This document shows, in pieces, positions 9,327 to 18,534 of a stretch of 64,000 nucleotides of DNA. This DNA is from a virus. The notes under the pieces were generated by a model. It saw only the letters and a program-made list of their open reading frames with translations, searched no databases and was not told the origin of the DNA. The DNA lies in the IMG/VR virus record IMGVR_UViG_3300042453_002958, positions 13,376 to 77,375 of that record; one strand, 5' to 3'. Within the stretch, counting starts at the first letter, position 1; each line of letters begins with the position of its first letter. The position numbers and the translations under genes were made by a program.

Positions 9327-10356
9327 CACGCGGCACGTTCTGCCGCTGTTTTGCGACGACCTGATCGCGTCCACCGTGGACATGACGCCCGCGTGCTTCG
9401 GCGCGTACATGCGGCTCATCTGCTACGCGTGGACGCGCGGCGGACTGCCGAACGACGAGCGAGCATGCGATCGGATCGCCGGCGGGATGGAGCCGGGGGA
9501 TTGGGACACCATCCGGCCGCGACTGATCGAGCTGGACGACGGCCGCTTGAGCCACGACCGCCTCGAGCGGGAGCGGGCGGCGGTTGACAGCATGGCCGAG
9601 AAGCGATCCGAAGCCGGCCGGAAGGGAAACGACACCCGCTGGGGATCGCAAACGGATCGCAAAGCGATCGCAAACGGATCGCAAAGCGATCGCAAAGCCA
9701 TCGCAAACGAATCGCGTGCTTCTTCGGATTCTGCGCCATGGCCCGTCGACCGGGCCGGATGTCGGGAATCCGATTCGGAATCGAGTTCCATCGACACCCG
9801 CGAATCTCCGGCAAAAACCGCGGTTCGATCGCAAAGCGATCGCAAACGGATCGCAAACGGATCGCAAAGCGATCGCAAAACGATCGCCCCTACTCCTACC
9901 CTACTCCTACCCAAGCAAGAGGAAAGACAATACGCGCGCGCCGACGGCGAAACGCCGCAGCCGGGGGCCGGGAACGCGGGGCCAGAGCCGGGGGCCGACG
10001 GGGACCCCGCGGCGGCCACGAAGCCCGCGGCCCGCCCGCGGCGGCCCGGATGGGTGCATGACGAGTGGGCGCGGATCGTCGAGGTGTGGAACGCGACCGA
10101 TCGCGCCGTGCCCTGGACGCTCGTGACGCCGCCGAACGGATTCGCCGACCTTGCCGCGTCCCCGGGGTGGGTCGCGCAAGCCCTCGCGGCGGTCGCCATG
10201 CTCCCCGAGTGCCGACGGTTCGAGCGGCCCGTGCCGTGGACGCAGTTCGTGCGGGATCTGGACCGGATTATCGCCGGCGAGTTCCGCGATCCGAGGGAGG
10301 CCCCGCGCCAGCTGGCCGCAGCCGGGGGCCGCCCGCAACGAAGGGGAAATCTATGA
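9310..10356 (+). CDS. DUF1376/YdaU-family replication initiator
   Basis: PLFCDDLIAST..M...FGAYMRL...W..GGLP; internal repeats. Confidence 0.8.
   Translation: MARKPDTRHVLPLFCDDLIASTVDMTPACFGAYMRLICYAWTRGGLPNDERACDRIAGGMEPGDWDTIRPRLIELDDGRLSHDRLERERAAVDSMAEKRSEAGRKGNDTRWGSQTDRKAIANGSQSDRKAIANESRASSDSAPWPVDRAGCRESDSESSSIDTRESPAKTAVRSQSDRKRIANGSQSDRKTIAPTPTLLLPKQEERQYARADGETPQPGAGNAGPEPGADGDPAAATKPAARPRRPGWVHDEWARIVEVWNATDRAVPWTLVTPPNGFADLAASPGWVAQALAAVAMLPECRRFERPVPWTQFVRDLDRIIAGEFRDPREAPRQLAAAGGRPQRRGNL
9644..9887 (+). repeat. Two tandem arrays of 11-bp GATCGCAAA(CG/GC) (putative iterons)
   Basis: About 6.5 copies at 9644-9715 and 5.5 copies at 9827-9887 inside the initiator gene. Confidence 0.8.
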
Positions 10357-10946
10357 GCCGGACGTGGGACGAAAACCGCGAGACGATCAACGGGCTCTGG
10401 CCGATGGCGCAGTTCACCGCGGAGGAAGCCGATCTGTGGCGATCCGACCTGGAGCCGCTGAACCAAGACGCGCTGTTCGAGGCGATCCGGCAGGTGAAAC
10501 GGTCCCGGGACTCAGTCTACCCGCAACTCGCTTGGGTGCATGACGCGTATCGCCAGCTGCGGGCGGCGCAGCGTGTCGCCGAGCGGATGCACGACGAGCG
10601 CCAGCCGGCCTACTCCGGGGAGCGACTCGTGATCGACGCGGAGGATAGCCGCCGGCTTCGGGCGCAGTTCGAGGCGGACATCGGCGCCGCAGCGACGATC
10701 GAAGCCCTCGACCACGTCGCCGCTTCGATCGCGGCGTCGCTCGAGCGGATGGAGGCCGTGGCGGCGGTCGTGCTCTGCGGGAAAGTGCGGGAGGCCCGGC
10801 AGCGGCTCGAGCACCCGGAAATCCCCCAGCGGTCGGCGCCATCCATGCGGTCGGCGCCGCGGGACGCGCGCGAGTGGCACGGCGAAGAGCACTCGCGATC
10901 GGAGTTCCTCCGCGTGCTGTCCGATTCCGAGCTCGGCCGGGATTGA
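10353..10946 (+). CDS. Putative helicase loader/inhibitor
   Basis: Directly after initiator; W...L..L...A...AI...YP pattern. Confidence 0.45.
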   Translation: MSRTWDENRETINGLWPMAQFTAEEADLWRSDLEPLNQDALFEAIRQVKRSRDSVYPQLAWVHDAYRQLRAAQRVAERMHDERQPAYSGERLVIDAEDSRRLRAQFEADIGAAATIEALDHVAASIAASLERMEAVAAVVLCGKVREARQRLEHPEIPQRSAPSMRSAPRDAREWHGEEHSRSEFLRVLSDSELGRD

Positions 10947-11002
10947 AGAAGTGCCCCCCGTCGCGACACGATACAACCATGGATGCGAGCACGGACGCGA
11001 GC

Positions 11003-11491
11003 ATGAATGCCAGAACGGTCATCGGCATCGACCCCGGGCCGCGGGAGTCGGCGTTCGTCGCGTGGGATGGCGAACGCGTGGTGTCGGCGGGAGACATGCC
11101 GAACCACCAGTTGGTGGCCTACCTGGACTCCGCGTCGTCGCCGGTCGCATGCGAGTGGATCGAATCGTTCGGGATGTCGGTCGGCCGCGAAGTGTTCGAG
11201 ACCGTCTTCGCGATCGGGATGTTTTCCACGCGCGTCGCGAGAATGCGGCTGGTGCCGCGGCGTGACGTGAAGTTGCACCTATGCTCGTCTGTCCGGGCGA
11301 AAGACGGGAACATCCGCCAAGCCCTGATCGACCGCTTCGGCGCCGTCGGCACGAAGCGGAACCCGGGGCCGCTGGCCGGAATCAGCCAGCACCGATGGGC
11401 GGCCCTCGCCGTCGCGGTGACGGCATTCGACCTAGCGGTCACGGACCACGAAGCCACGTTCCACCGCGATCACGCGAACGTGGTGGCATGA
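11003..11491 (+). CDS. RuvC-like Holliday junction resolvase
   Basis: VIGIDPG, E in strand, W.ALAVA. Confidence 0.7.
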   Translation: MNARTVIGIDPGPRESAFVAWDGERVVSAGDMPNHQLVAYLDSASSPVACEWIESFGMSVGREVFETVFAIGMFSTRVARMRLVPRRDVKLHLCSSVRAKDGNIRQALIDRFGAVGTKRNPGPLAGISQHRWAALAVAVTAFDLAVTDHEATFHRDHANVVA

Positions 11492-11997
11492 TGGTCGCAG
11501 ATCACACCGCCGCCGACGTGCTCGCGTTCGTGGCCGCGAGTGCCGCGCGCTACGTCGCGCGATCCGGGGGCGACGCGGAGGAAATCACGCAGCGGATCAT
11601 GCTGGCCATCGGCGAGCCGGTGAGGCACGGCGAATCCGAGTGGGCCTACACCGTGACGGCGGTGCGGAACGCGGTCGCTTCGATCGCGCGGCACGACCGG
11701 CGACTCCGTCGTTTTCCGGCGGTGCCCGTCGTCTCCGCGCACTCCGGGATCGCGCAACGCGACGCGATGTCCGATCAGGAGCGGATCGAGCTGCGAATCG
11801 ACATCGACGCGTGCCTGGAGCGTGAAGGTGAGCAGGTGAGGCGGCTTTGCCGATTGCTCGAGACGATGAGCGTCGCGGAGGCGTCGCGCGTGATGAACGT
11901 GCCGCGGTCGACGCTCGCCGGCTGGCTTGCCGGGCTGCGCGACCGGATGGAGGCGAAGGGGCTGTCGCCGGGCCGAAAAGGTACTCCCGGCGGTTGA
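11488..11997 (+). CDS. sigma70/ECF-like regulator (region 4 HTH)
   Basis: C-terminal MSVAEASRVMNVPRSTL. Confidence 0.55.
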   Translation: MMVADHTAADVLAFVAASAARYVARSGGDAEEITQRIMLAIGEPVRHGESEWAYTVTAVRNAVASIARHDRRLRRFPAVPVVSAHSGIAQRDAMSDQERIELRIDIDACLEREGEQVRRLCRLLETMSVAEASRVMNVPRSTLAGWLAGLRDRMEAKGLSPGRKGTPGG

Positions 11998-12081
11998 AAA
12001 AAACCCCCACGGCCTACGGAACGACCGACTATTCAGTCAAACTTGTCCCACCAAAAAAAAGAATGAACCGGCGGCCCCCTC

Positions 12082-12110
12082 TTGACGTATGGTATCCAGT
12101 CGGATATCAT
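12082..12110 (+). promoter_or_regulatory. sigma70 promoter with operator-like spacer
   Basis: TTGACG-17-TATCAT; spacer TATCCAGTCGGATA. Confidence 0.75.
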
Positions 12111-12162
12111 ACAGACGTGCGAGCGAATGAGACTCGCAAAACGAAAACGGGAACCCGCGACC

Positions 12163-12435
12163 ATGACCACGACTGCGACCAGCTGGAAAAAAGGCGACCG
12201 CGTGAAACTGACCACGACCACCGCCGGCCCCGAGTTGCTCGAGATCGTGAGCTTTCGCCGTACCGGCGCCGAGCAGCGCGTCGTGCTCGCGGACGCTGAA
12301 ACCGCGGCCCGAATCCGGGCCGGTGAAGTCGACGCCCGAATCGTCGTCCTCACCGGAATCGGCGGCCGCGTTCGCGAGATTGAAACGCAGCGATTCCACC
12401 GGCTTGCCGCCCGCGGGCTCGCCGTCCACGCCTGA
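12163..12435 (+). CDS. Hypothetical protein
   Basis: ORF behind repeated promoter. Confidence 0.6.
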   Translation: MTTTATSWKKGDRVKLTTTTAGPELLEIVSFRRTGAEQRVVLADAETAARIRAGEVDARIVVLTGIGGRVREIETQRFHRLAARGLAVHA

Positions 12436-12465
12436 CCACCAAGGAATAAACCGCCGGCCGCCCTC

Positions 12466-12494
12466 TTGACGAATGGTATCCAATCGGATATCAT
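12466..12494 (+). promoter_or_regulatory. sigma70 promoter, repeat of 12082
   Basis: TTGACG-17-TATCAT; spacer TATCCAATCGGATA. Confidence 0.75.
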
Positions 12495-12522
12495 TACGGT
12501 AACACGGGAGAGAAAACGAATC

Positions 12523-13011
12523 ATGTCGACGATCGAAGTGATGGGGATGGCCGAGGAAGGAACTTGCCAGCACTGCGGGACGAACTGCCCTCGCCGGCGG
12601 GTTGCTGTCCGCGCCGTCTACGCCGACGGCTCCACGGGCGAAGTCGAGCTTTGGGGTGTCGTCTGCGCCGGCTCGGCCCGGTACGGTCGCCGGACTGCGG
12701 CGAACGGAAACCGCGTCCGCCAGGACGCCGAGCACGCGGACCGCGTCGCGGAGCTGGACCGGCTCGACCGCGAGCGTCGCTTCGCCTACCGCGTCGCCGG
12801 CGAAGTGCCGGTCGAGGGCGGGCCGCGGAACGCCGCGAATCTTCGCTACCGCCGGACCGGACGGCCGATCGTCGGCAGCTACTTCCTCGCCGACGAAGCG
12901 GGGCGGATTGTGCGCGTCGACGGGACCGATCCCGCTGACGTAAAGCTGTTCGCCGACCGCGGCTTCACGACCCCGGTGTCCTCGCCGGTTCCCACCGCGA
13001 TCCACGCCTGA
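12523..13011 (+). CDS. Putative Zn-binding protein
   Basis: CQHC...WGVVCA; GGGAG RBS. Confidence 0.6.
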   Translation: MSTIEVMGMAEEGTCQHCGTNCPRRRVAVRAVYADGSTGEVELWGVVCAGSARYGRRTAANGNRVRQDAEHADRVAELDRLDRERRFAYRVAGEVPVEGGPRNAANLRYRRTGRPIVGSYFLADEAGRIVRVDGTDPADVKLFADRGFTTPVSSPVPTAIHA

Positions 13012-13028
13012 ACACCACGGAGCATTCA

Positions 13029-13292
13029 ATGCGATACTACGAAGTGAAGACCGCGAACACGACCTACTACCTGCGCGCGGATGCCGGCCGCGTCCACCAC
13101 GACGGAATCAACCGCGACGCCACCACCGACGTGTGGGGCGGCCGGTTCCAGTTCTTCACGCTGGCCGGGACGAAAATGCCCCGCGTCGGGTGCCCGATGC
13201 ACGGCCAAAATGCTACGGGCCGCATCCAAACAAGCCCGGTTCGGTCCGTTCGCAGAATCGGGGTCCGCGAGTTCACGCGGGCGGGTGCCTGA
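13029..13292 (+). CDS. Hypothetical protein
   Basis: GGAG RBS. Confidence 0.55.
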   Translation: MRYYEVKTANTTYYLRADAGRVHHDGINRDATTDVWGGRFQFFTLAGTKMPRVGCPMHGQNATGRIQTSPVRSVRRIGVREFTRAGA

Positions 13293-13294
13293 CC

Positions 13295-13486
13295 ATGAAA
13301 ATCGACCCCGCCCACTACGTTCGAGTCGGAACCGCCGCGAAAATCGCCGGAGTGACGCGTGCCTACGTTCGCCGACTGATACACGAGCAAAAGCTCGAGG
13401 CGATCCCGCTGGACGGGATCTTTCTGGTGCGTCGACGTGACGCCGAAGCCCTGAAACGCCACCGCGAGGAGCGCGACCATGACTGA
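13295..13486 (+). CDS. HTH_17/excisionase-like DNA-binding protein
   Basis: MKIDPAHYVRVGTAAKIAGVTRAYVRRLI; homologous to 41927-42160. Confidence 0.75.
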   Translation: MKIDPAHYVRVGTAAKIAGVTRAYVRRLIHEQKLEAIPLDGIFLVRRRDAEALKRHREERDHD

Positions 13487-14150
13487 CCTGCCGACGCGAC
13501 AGAATCCGCTGCTGTTCGACAAAACCGACCCCGTCGTCGACCCGGACGTGATCCGAAAAGCGCACGTCACGGTGGTGCGGGAGCGGAAACGCGACATCCG
13601 CGATTTGCGACGCAAGGAAAACGCCGCCGAAGCCGTCTCCGGCCTGCACCTGGACGGCCGCGAAATCTTCGGGCTGACGAAGGGCCAGTTTTCGCTGACC
13701 GACATGATCGACGCCGCGCTGGCCATCACCGGGCCGGCCGAGTTGCACGTCTCGACCTGGACCGCCGCGAATACGGACGTGTCGAAAATGCTCGAGATGA
13801 TCGGGTCCGGGAAGCTGACTGCCGCGCGGTGGCTTGTGGACGTGACGTTCGTGCGACGCGCCCCCCAGCTGGCGGCCCGTATCCGCGAAGCGTTCGGCGC
13901 CGACGCGATCCGCGTCACCCGGACACACGCCAAGTTTTCCGTGATTCGGAACCAGACGTGGTCGGTCGTGGTGCGCACCAGCATGAATCTCAACCACAAC
14001 CCGCGGCTCGAAGACTTCACGATCGCCCACGACCCGGAGCTCGCCGCGTTTCTTTTGGAGGCCATGGACGATGTCTGGAAAACGCAAAAGCGAACAATCG
14101 CCGACGGAAGCCACACCGCCGCCACCGAGTGGTGGCATCGCCACGGCTGA
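13479..14150 (+). CDS. Phospholipase D-fold (HKD-like) protein
   Basis: STW...VD...THAKF...TSMNL. Confidence 0.6.
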   Translation: MTDLPTRQNPLLFDKTDPVVDPDVIRKAHVTVVRERKRDIRDLRRKENAAEAVSGLHLDGREIFGLTKGQFSLTDMIDAALAITGPAELHVSTWTAANTDVSKMLEMIGSGKLTAARWLVDVTFVRRAPQLAARIREAFGADAIRVTRTHAKFSVIRNQTWSVVVRTSMNLNHNPRLEDFTIAHDPELAAFLLEAMDDVWKTQKRTIADGSHTAATEWWHRHG

Positions 14151-14427
14151 ACCGCCCGCCACGATCGCCGTGGTGCAATGGCTGATAAGCGGCGCGAGCG
14201 AGCACGATGTCGTCGAGGCATTGCGGGCCAAGTACCCCGGGACAGACGCCCGCAAAACCATGGCGGCCGTGTTCGAATACTTCGCGCACGAAGGAGCGCC
14301 AGACGCGGACGCCCTCCGCGGGTTCGTGCTGACCGCATACCGCGAGCTGTACCGCCGCATGCTGGACATCGGCGACTTCGATGGCGCCCGAAAAGTGCTC
14401 AAGAATATCACCGAGGTAGGACTGTGA
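14071..14427 (+). CDS. Possible terminase small subunit (start uncertain)
   Basis: Helical protein coupled (GTGA) to terminase large subunit. Confidence 0.4.
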   Translation: MSGKRKSEQSPTEATPPPPSGGIATAEPPATIAVVQWLISGASEHDVVEALRAKYPGTDARKTMAAVFEYFAHEGAPDADALRGFVLTAYRELYRRMLDIGDFDGARKVLKNITEVGL

Positions 14428-16529
14428 CGCTCTTCGGCGCCGGCTCCGGCCGCAAGCAAAAACACGCCGACCGCCACGACAAACGCAAGGCCGCAAGCGC
14501 CAGCCGCGACAAGGCGGTAAGCGCTGCCGGTCGCGACATCGGCGAACTGCCCGCCGTCGCCGATCCAGACCGCAAGGCCGCTTGCCGGCTGAACTTTCGG
14601 CTGTTTTGCGAGACCTACTACCGAGACCAGTTCTACCTCGAATGGTCCGACGACCACCTGGAGATCATCGCGGCGCTCGAGGCCGCCGTGCTGCGCGGCG
14701 AGTTGCTCGCGTTCGCCATGAGCCGCGGCAGCGGCAAAACCGCACTGATCGAGGCCGCGGCCGCGTGGGCGCTGTTCTTCGGTCACCAGCAGTTCGTGGT
14801 CATCATCGGCGCCACCGAAGAGCACGCCGCGCAGATGCTGGAAAACATCAAAGTGTCGTGCGAGACACGCGAACTCCTCGCGGCGGACTTCCCCGAAGTG
14901 TGCTACCCCATCGCCAAGCTCGAAAGAATCAACAATCGCGCCCGCGGCCAGCTGTTCCGCGGCAAGCCCACCCACATCCACTGGAACGGCGACGACGTGC
15001 AACTCCCCACGATCCCGGGATCGCCGGCATCGGGCGGAATCATCCGCGTCCGCGGCATCACCGGATCCATCCGCGGCATGGCCGTCACGCGGGCGTGCGA
15101 TGGCCGCAAGGTTCGTCCGTCGCTCGTGCTCGTGGACGATCCGCAGACCGACAAAAGCGCGCGAAGCCCGTCGCAAGTCGCCCAGCTGGAAAAAGTTTTC
15201 AAGGGGGCGGTGCTCGGGCTTGCCGGCCCCGACGTGCAAATCGCCGGACTCGTCACCGTGACCGTCGTAGCCCCGGACGACCTAGCGGAGCGACTGCTCG
15301 ACCGCGAGCGGAACCCGGCTTGCCATGGCCGGCGAATGAAACTGGTCTACGCGTGGCCGACCGAGACCGAACTATGGGAGCAATACGCCGAGTTGCGGAA
15401 GGCCGGCCAGCGGAGCGGCGTCGGAACCGCGGACGCCGACAAGCTGTTCGCCGACAACCTCGAGCGGATGACCGCGGGGTGCCGTGTCGGCTGGCCGGCA
15501 CGCAAGAAAACCGGCGAGATCCACGCTATCCAATCCGCCTACAACCTCCGCATCGACAAGGGGGAGGCCGTGTTCGCGGCCGAGTTCCAAAACGAGCCGC
15601 TGCCGCTCGTCGACCGGGCCGTCGAAGAGCTCACCGCGCCCGAGATCACGGACAAAACCAACCGCTACCCCAGGGGATTCGTCCCGCTGGCGTGCCAGTA
15701 TCTGTCGATGTTCGTCGACTGCCAAAAAGACGTTCTCTACTGGGCCGTGTGCGCGTGGGAAGACACGTTCTCCGGCTACGTCATCGACTACGGCACTTTC
15801 CCCGATCAGCGGCGGCCGTACTTCACGGTCCGCGAAGTGACGCGAAAGCTGACGGACGTGTCCAAAGCCAAAAGCGTCGAGGGGGCGCTGCTCGAGGGAC
15901 TGCACTCGCTGACCGCAAACTTCCTGGGCCGCGAGTGGAAGCGCGAAGATGGCGCCACCATGCGAATCGAGCGTTGCCTTGTGGACGCGAACTACATGAG
16001 CGACACCGTCTACCAGTTTTGCCGCGAGTCGTCGCGGGCCGGCGTGATGCCAAGCCACGGCCAGGGCGTCAAGGCGTCCAGCCTTCCATTCGCCATGTAC
16101 GCGCGGAAGCCGGGCGACCGCGTCGGGCACTACTGGCGGATCCCAAACACGGCAAAGCGTCGCGTCATCCGCCACGTCATGATCGACACGAACTACTGGA
16201 AATCGTTCATCCACGCGCGGCTCGCCACGCCGCGGGGCGATGCCGGGTGCCTGAGTCTCTTCGGCGAACACGGCGACCTGCACCGCATGCTCGCGGACCA
16301 CCTTGTCGCCGAGTATCGCGTCAGCAACACCGCCAAAGGCCGAACCGTCGAAGAGTGGAGCCCGCGGCCGGGACGGCCGGATAACCACTGGCTCGACTGT
16401 CTGGTCGGCTGCGCCGTCGGCGCGTCGATGCAGGGGGCGACGCTGTCGGGGTCGCAGGGATTCGCGGCCGCGCGAAAGCGGCGGGTTTCGTTCGCCGAGA
16501 TGCAACGCCAACGGAGGGCCGGGGCATGA
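14424..16529 (+). CDS. terL: Terminase large subunit (gpA-like)
   Basis: MSRGSGKT Walker A, LVDDPQT, FVDCQ, DNHWLDC. Confidence 0.9.
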   Translation: MTLFGAGSGRKQKHADRHDKRKAASASRDKAVSAAGRDIGELPAVADPDRKAACRLNFRLFCETYYRDQFYLEWSDDHLEIIAALEAAVLRGELLAFAMSRGSGKTALIEAAAAWALFFGHQQFVVIIGATEEHAAQMLENIKVSCETRELLAADFPEVCYPIAKLERINNRARGQLFRGKPTHIHWNGDDVQLPTIPGSPASGGIIRVRGITGSIRGMAVTRACDGRKVRPSLVLVDDPQTDKSARSPSQVAQLEKVFKGAVLGLAGPDVQIAGLVTVTVVAPDDLAERLLDRERNPACHGRRMKLVYAWPTETELWEQYAELRKAGQRSGVGTADADKLFADNLERMTAGCRVGWPARKKTGEIHAIQSAYNLRIDKGEAVFAAEFQNEPLPLVDRAVEELTAPEITDKTNRYPRGFVPLACQYLSMFVDCQKDVLYWAVCAWEDTFSGYVIDYGTFPDQRRPYFTVREVTRKLTDVSKAKSVEGALLEGLHSLTANFLGREWKREDGATMRIERCLVDANYMSDTVYQFCRESSRAGVMPSHGQGVKASSLPFAMYARKPGDRVGHYWRIPNTAKRRVIRHVMIDTNYWKSFIHARLATPRGDAGCLSLFGEHGDLHRMLADHLVAEYRVSNTAKGRTVEEWSPRPGRPDNHWLDCLVGCAVGASMQGATLSGSQGFAAARKRRVSFAEMQRQRRAGA

Positions 16530-16717
16530 TGACCGAGCAAACTGACGCCGTCGGGATCGCGTGCCCGCGGTGCGGGTGCCAAGATCTGCGGACGACAAAA
16601 ACCATGCGAGTCCGCGACGGCATGATCCGCCGCTACCGCTCGTGCCGACACTGCGGCCGGACGATGACGACGCACGAAGTGACGACGCGGCGCGAAGCGG
16701 TGCGTCGGCGCGGCTGA
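16526..16717 (+). CDS. Zn-ribbon protein (Ogr/Delta- or NrdR-N-like)
   Basis: CPRC...RRYRSCRHCG..MTTHE. Confidence 0.7.
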   Translation: MMTEQTDAVGIACPRCGCQDLRTTKTMRVRDGMIRRYRSCRHCGRTMTTHEVTTRREAVRRRG

Positions 16718-16727
16718 CCGCAGCCGT

Positions 16728-16743
16728 TTCCTATATGTAGGAA
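16728..16743. promoter_or_regulatory. Inverted repeat upstream of head operon
   Basis: TTCCTA-TATG-TAGGAA, AT-rich island in high-GC context. Confidence 0.45.
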
Positions 16744-16833
16744 GACTCCAGAAATCCGGCGGCGGTGCGCCGCCACTTCGCGCGCAAACGGCGTTTCTTG
16801 TCTCCAGAGGAATCATCCTCGGGAGCGCCGCCC

Positions 16834-17034
16834 GTGCCGGACGACACGATCACCGACGCCATTCGCGAGAACGCCGCCGGCCCCGCAAAGGCCAGCGGCG
16901 ACTCCATCTCGGTCGAGCAGCACTCGATCCGCGAGCAGATCGAGGCGGATCGCTACCTCGCCAGCAAGCGGGCCGCGTCCAAGCCGCACCGCGGCCTGCG
17001 ATTTACCCGCATCGTCCCCCCGGGGGCCGAGTAG
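16834..17034 (+). CDS. Head-tail joining protein (gpW-like)
   Basis: Between terL and portal; homologous to 58310-58525 (VEQH...Q..A.R..RF..I.PG). Confidence 0.65.
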   Translation: MPDDTITDAIRENAAGPAKASGDSISVEQHSIREQIEADRYLASKRAASKPHRGLRFTRIVPPGAE

Positions 17035-18534
17035 ATGGGGTGGCTTTCCCGACTGTTTTCGTCGCCGATGGCCGCCCCGCGGACGGTCGCGCGGCATGCG
17101 CTCCGCATGATCCGCGGCAGCTATGACGCCGCGCGGACGACCGACGACAACCGGAAGCACTGGGCGAACGTCGACAGCCTCTCGGCCAACGCCGCGCTGT
17201 CGCCGTCCGTCCGGCAGACGCTCCGCGAGCGTGCCCGCTACGAAGTCGCGAACAACTGCTACGCGGCGGGACTCGTGCGGACGGTCGCCAACGACCTGAT
17301 CGGCACGGGGCCGACGCTCCAGATCGTCGCCCCCGACGGGCACGACGCCAACCCGATCGAGCGTTCGTGGTCGCAGTGGGCCAAGGCCGTGAAGCTCGCG
17401 CGGAAGCTGCGGTGCATGCGGCAATGCCTCAGCCGCGACGGCGAAGCGTTCGCGGTGATGTTCACGAACCCGAAGATCGACCACCCCGTCAAGCTCGACC
17501 TCCGGCTGGTCGAGGCCGAGCAGGTGACGACGCCCACGCTGATCCGCGAAAACGCGGTCGACGGGATCGTCTTCGACGAGTACGGGAATCCGCTCGCCTA
17601 CCACATCCTTCGCACCCACCCGGGCGACGTGCTCCACACGATGGAGTACGACGAAGTGCCGGCCGAATACGTCATCCACTGGTACCGGCTCGAGCGGCCC
17701 GGCCAAAAGCGGGGCGTGCCGATCCTCGCGCCCGCACTGCCGCTGTTTTCCAAGCTGCGGCGGTTCACGCTCGCCGTGCTCGGGGCCGCCGAAGCCGCCG
17801 CGATGCAGGCCGGCGTGCTCTACACCGACGGCGCGCCGCACGACGAAGACGTGGAGGGCGAAGCGTTTGAGTCGGTCGAGTTCGAGCGGAATATGTTCAC
17901 GACCCTACCCGGCGGCTACCGCCTGGAGCAGCTGAAAGCCGAGCAGCCGACGACGACGTACTCCGAGTTCAAGGCCGAGCTGATCGACGAGGCGGCGCGG
18001 TGCGAAAACGTGCCGAGCAACATCGCCCGCGGCAACTCGTCCGCCTACAACTACGCCAGCGGCCGCCTCGACAACCAGATGTTCGGCCGGTCGCAGCACG
18101 TTGACCACTCCGAAGTCGAGGAAGAGGTCATCGACCGCATCTGGGCCGCCTGGATCGACGAAGCGGCCCGCGAGCCCGGCGTAATCCCCGACGGATTCCC
18201 GCCGATGGCCGAGTGCTCCCACGAATGGTTTTGGGACGGCCGCGAGCACGTCGACCCGAACAAGGAAGCCAACGCGCAGGCCACCCGGCTCGCGAACCTC
18301 ACCACGTCGCTCGCGGAGGAGTGGGCCAACCGCGGCCGCGATTGGGAGAAGGGCATGCGGCAGATCGCTCGCGAGCGACAGCTGCTCGCCGAGCTGGGCC
18401 TGTCGCTGCCGGACGCCACGCAGGTGACGACCGCGTCGTCCGCCGCCTCCGCGCTGTCGGACATTGCCGACGGCGACGAATCCGCCGCCGGCCAAGCCGG
18501 ACTCGCGATCGCCAACCGCAGGGGAGGCCGATGA
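17035..18534 (+). CDS. Portal protein, lambda family
   Basis: LRERARYE..NN.YA.G, DGEAF, RPGQ.RGVP, NYASGR, HVDP.KE. Confidence 0.92.
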   Translation: MGWLSRLFSSPMAAPRTVARHALRMIRGSYDAARTTDDNRKHWANVDSLSANAALSPSVRQTLRERARYEVANNCYAAGLVRTVANDLIGTGPTLQIVAPDGHDANPIERSWSQWAKAVKLARKLRCMRQCLSRDGEAFAVMFTNPKIDHPVKLDLRLVEAEQVTTPTLIRENAVDGIVFDEYGNPLAYHILRTHPGDVLHTMEYDEVPAEYVIHWYRLERPGQKRGVPILAPALPLFSKLRRFTLAVLGAAEAAAMQAGVLYTDGAPHDEDVEGEAFESVEFERNMFTTLPGGYRLEQLKAEQPTTTYSEFKAELIDEAARCENVPSNIARGNSSAYNYASGRLDNQMFGRSQHVDHSEVEEEVIDRIWAAWIDEAAREPGVIPDGFPPMAECSHEWFWDGREHVDPNKEANAQATRLANLTTSLAEEWANRGRDWEKGMRQIARERQLLAELGLSLPDATQVTTASSAASALSDIADGDESAAGQAGLAIANRRGGR

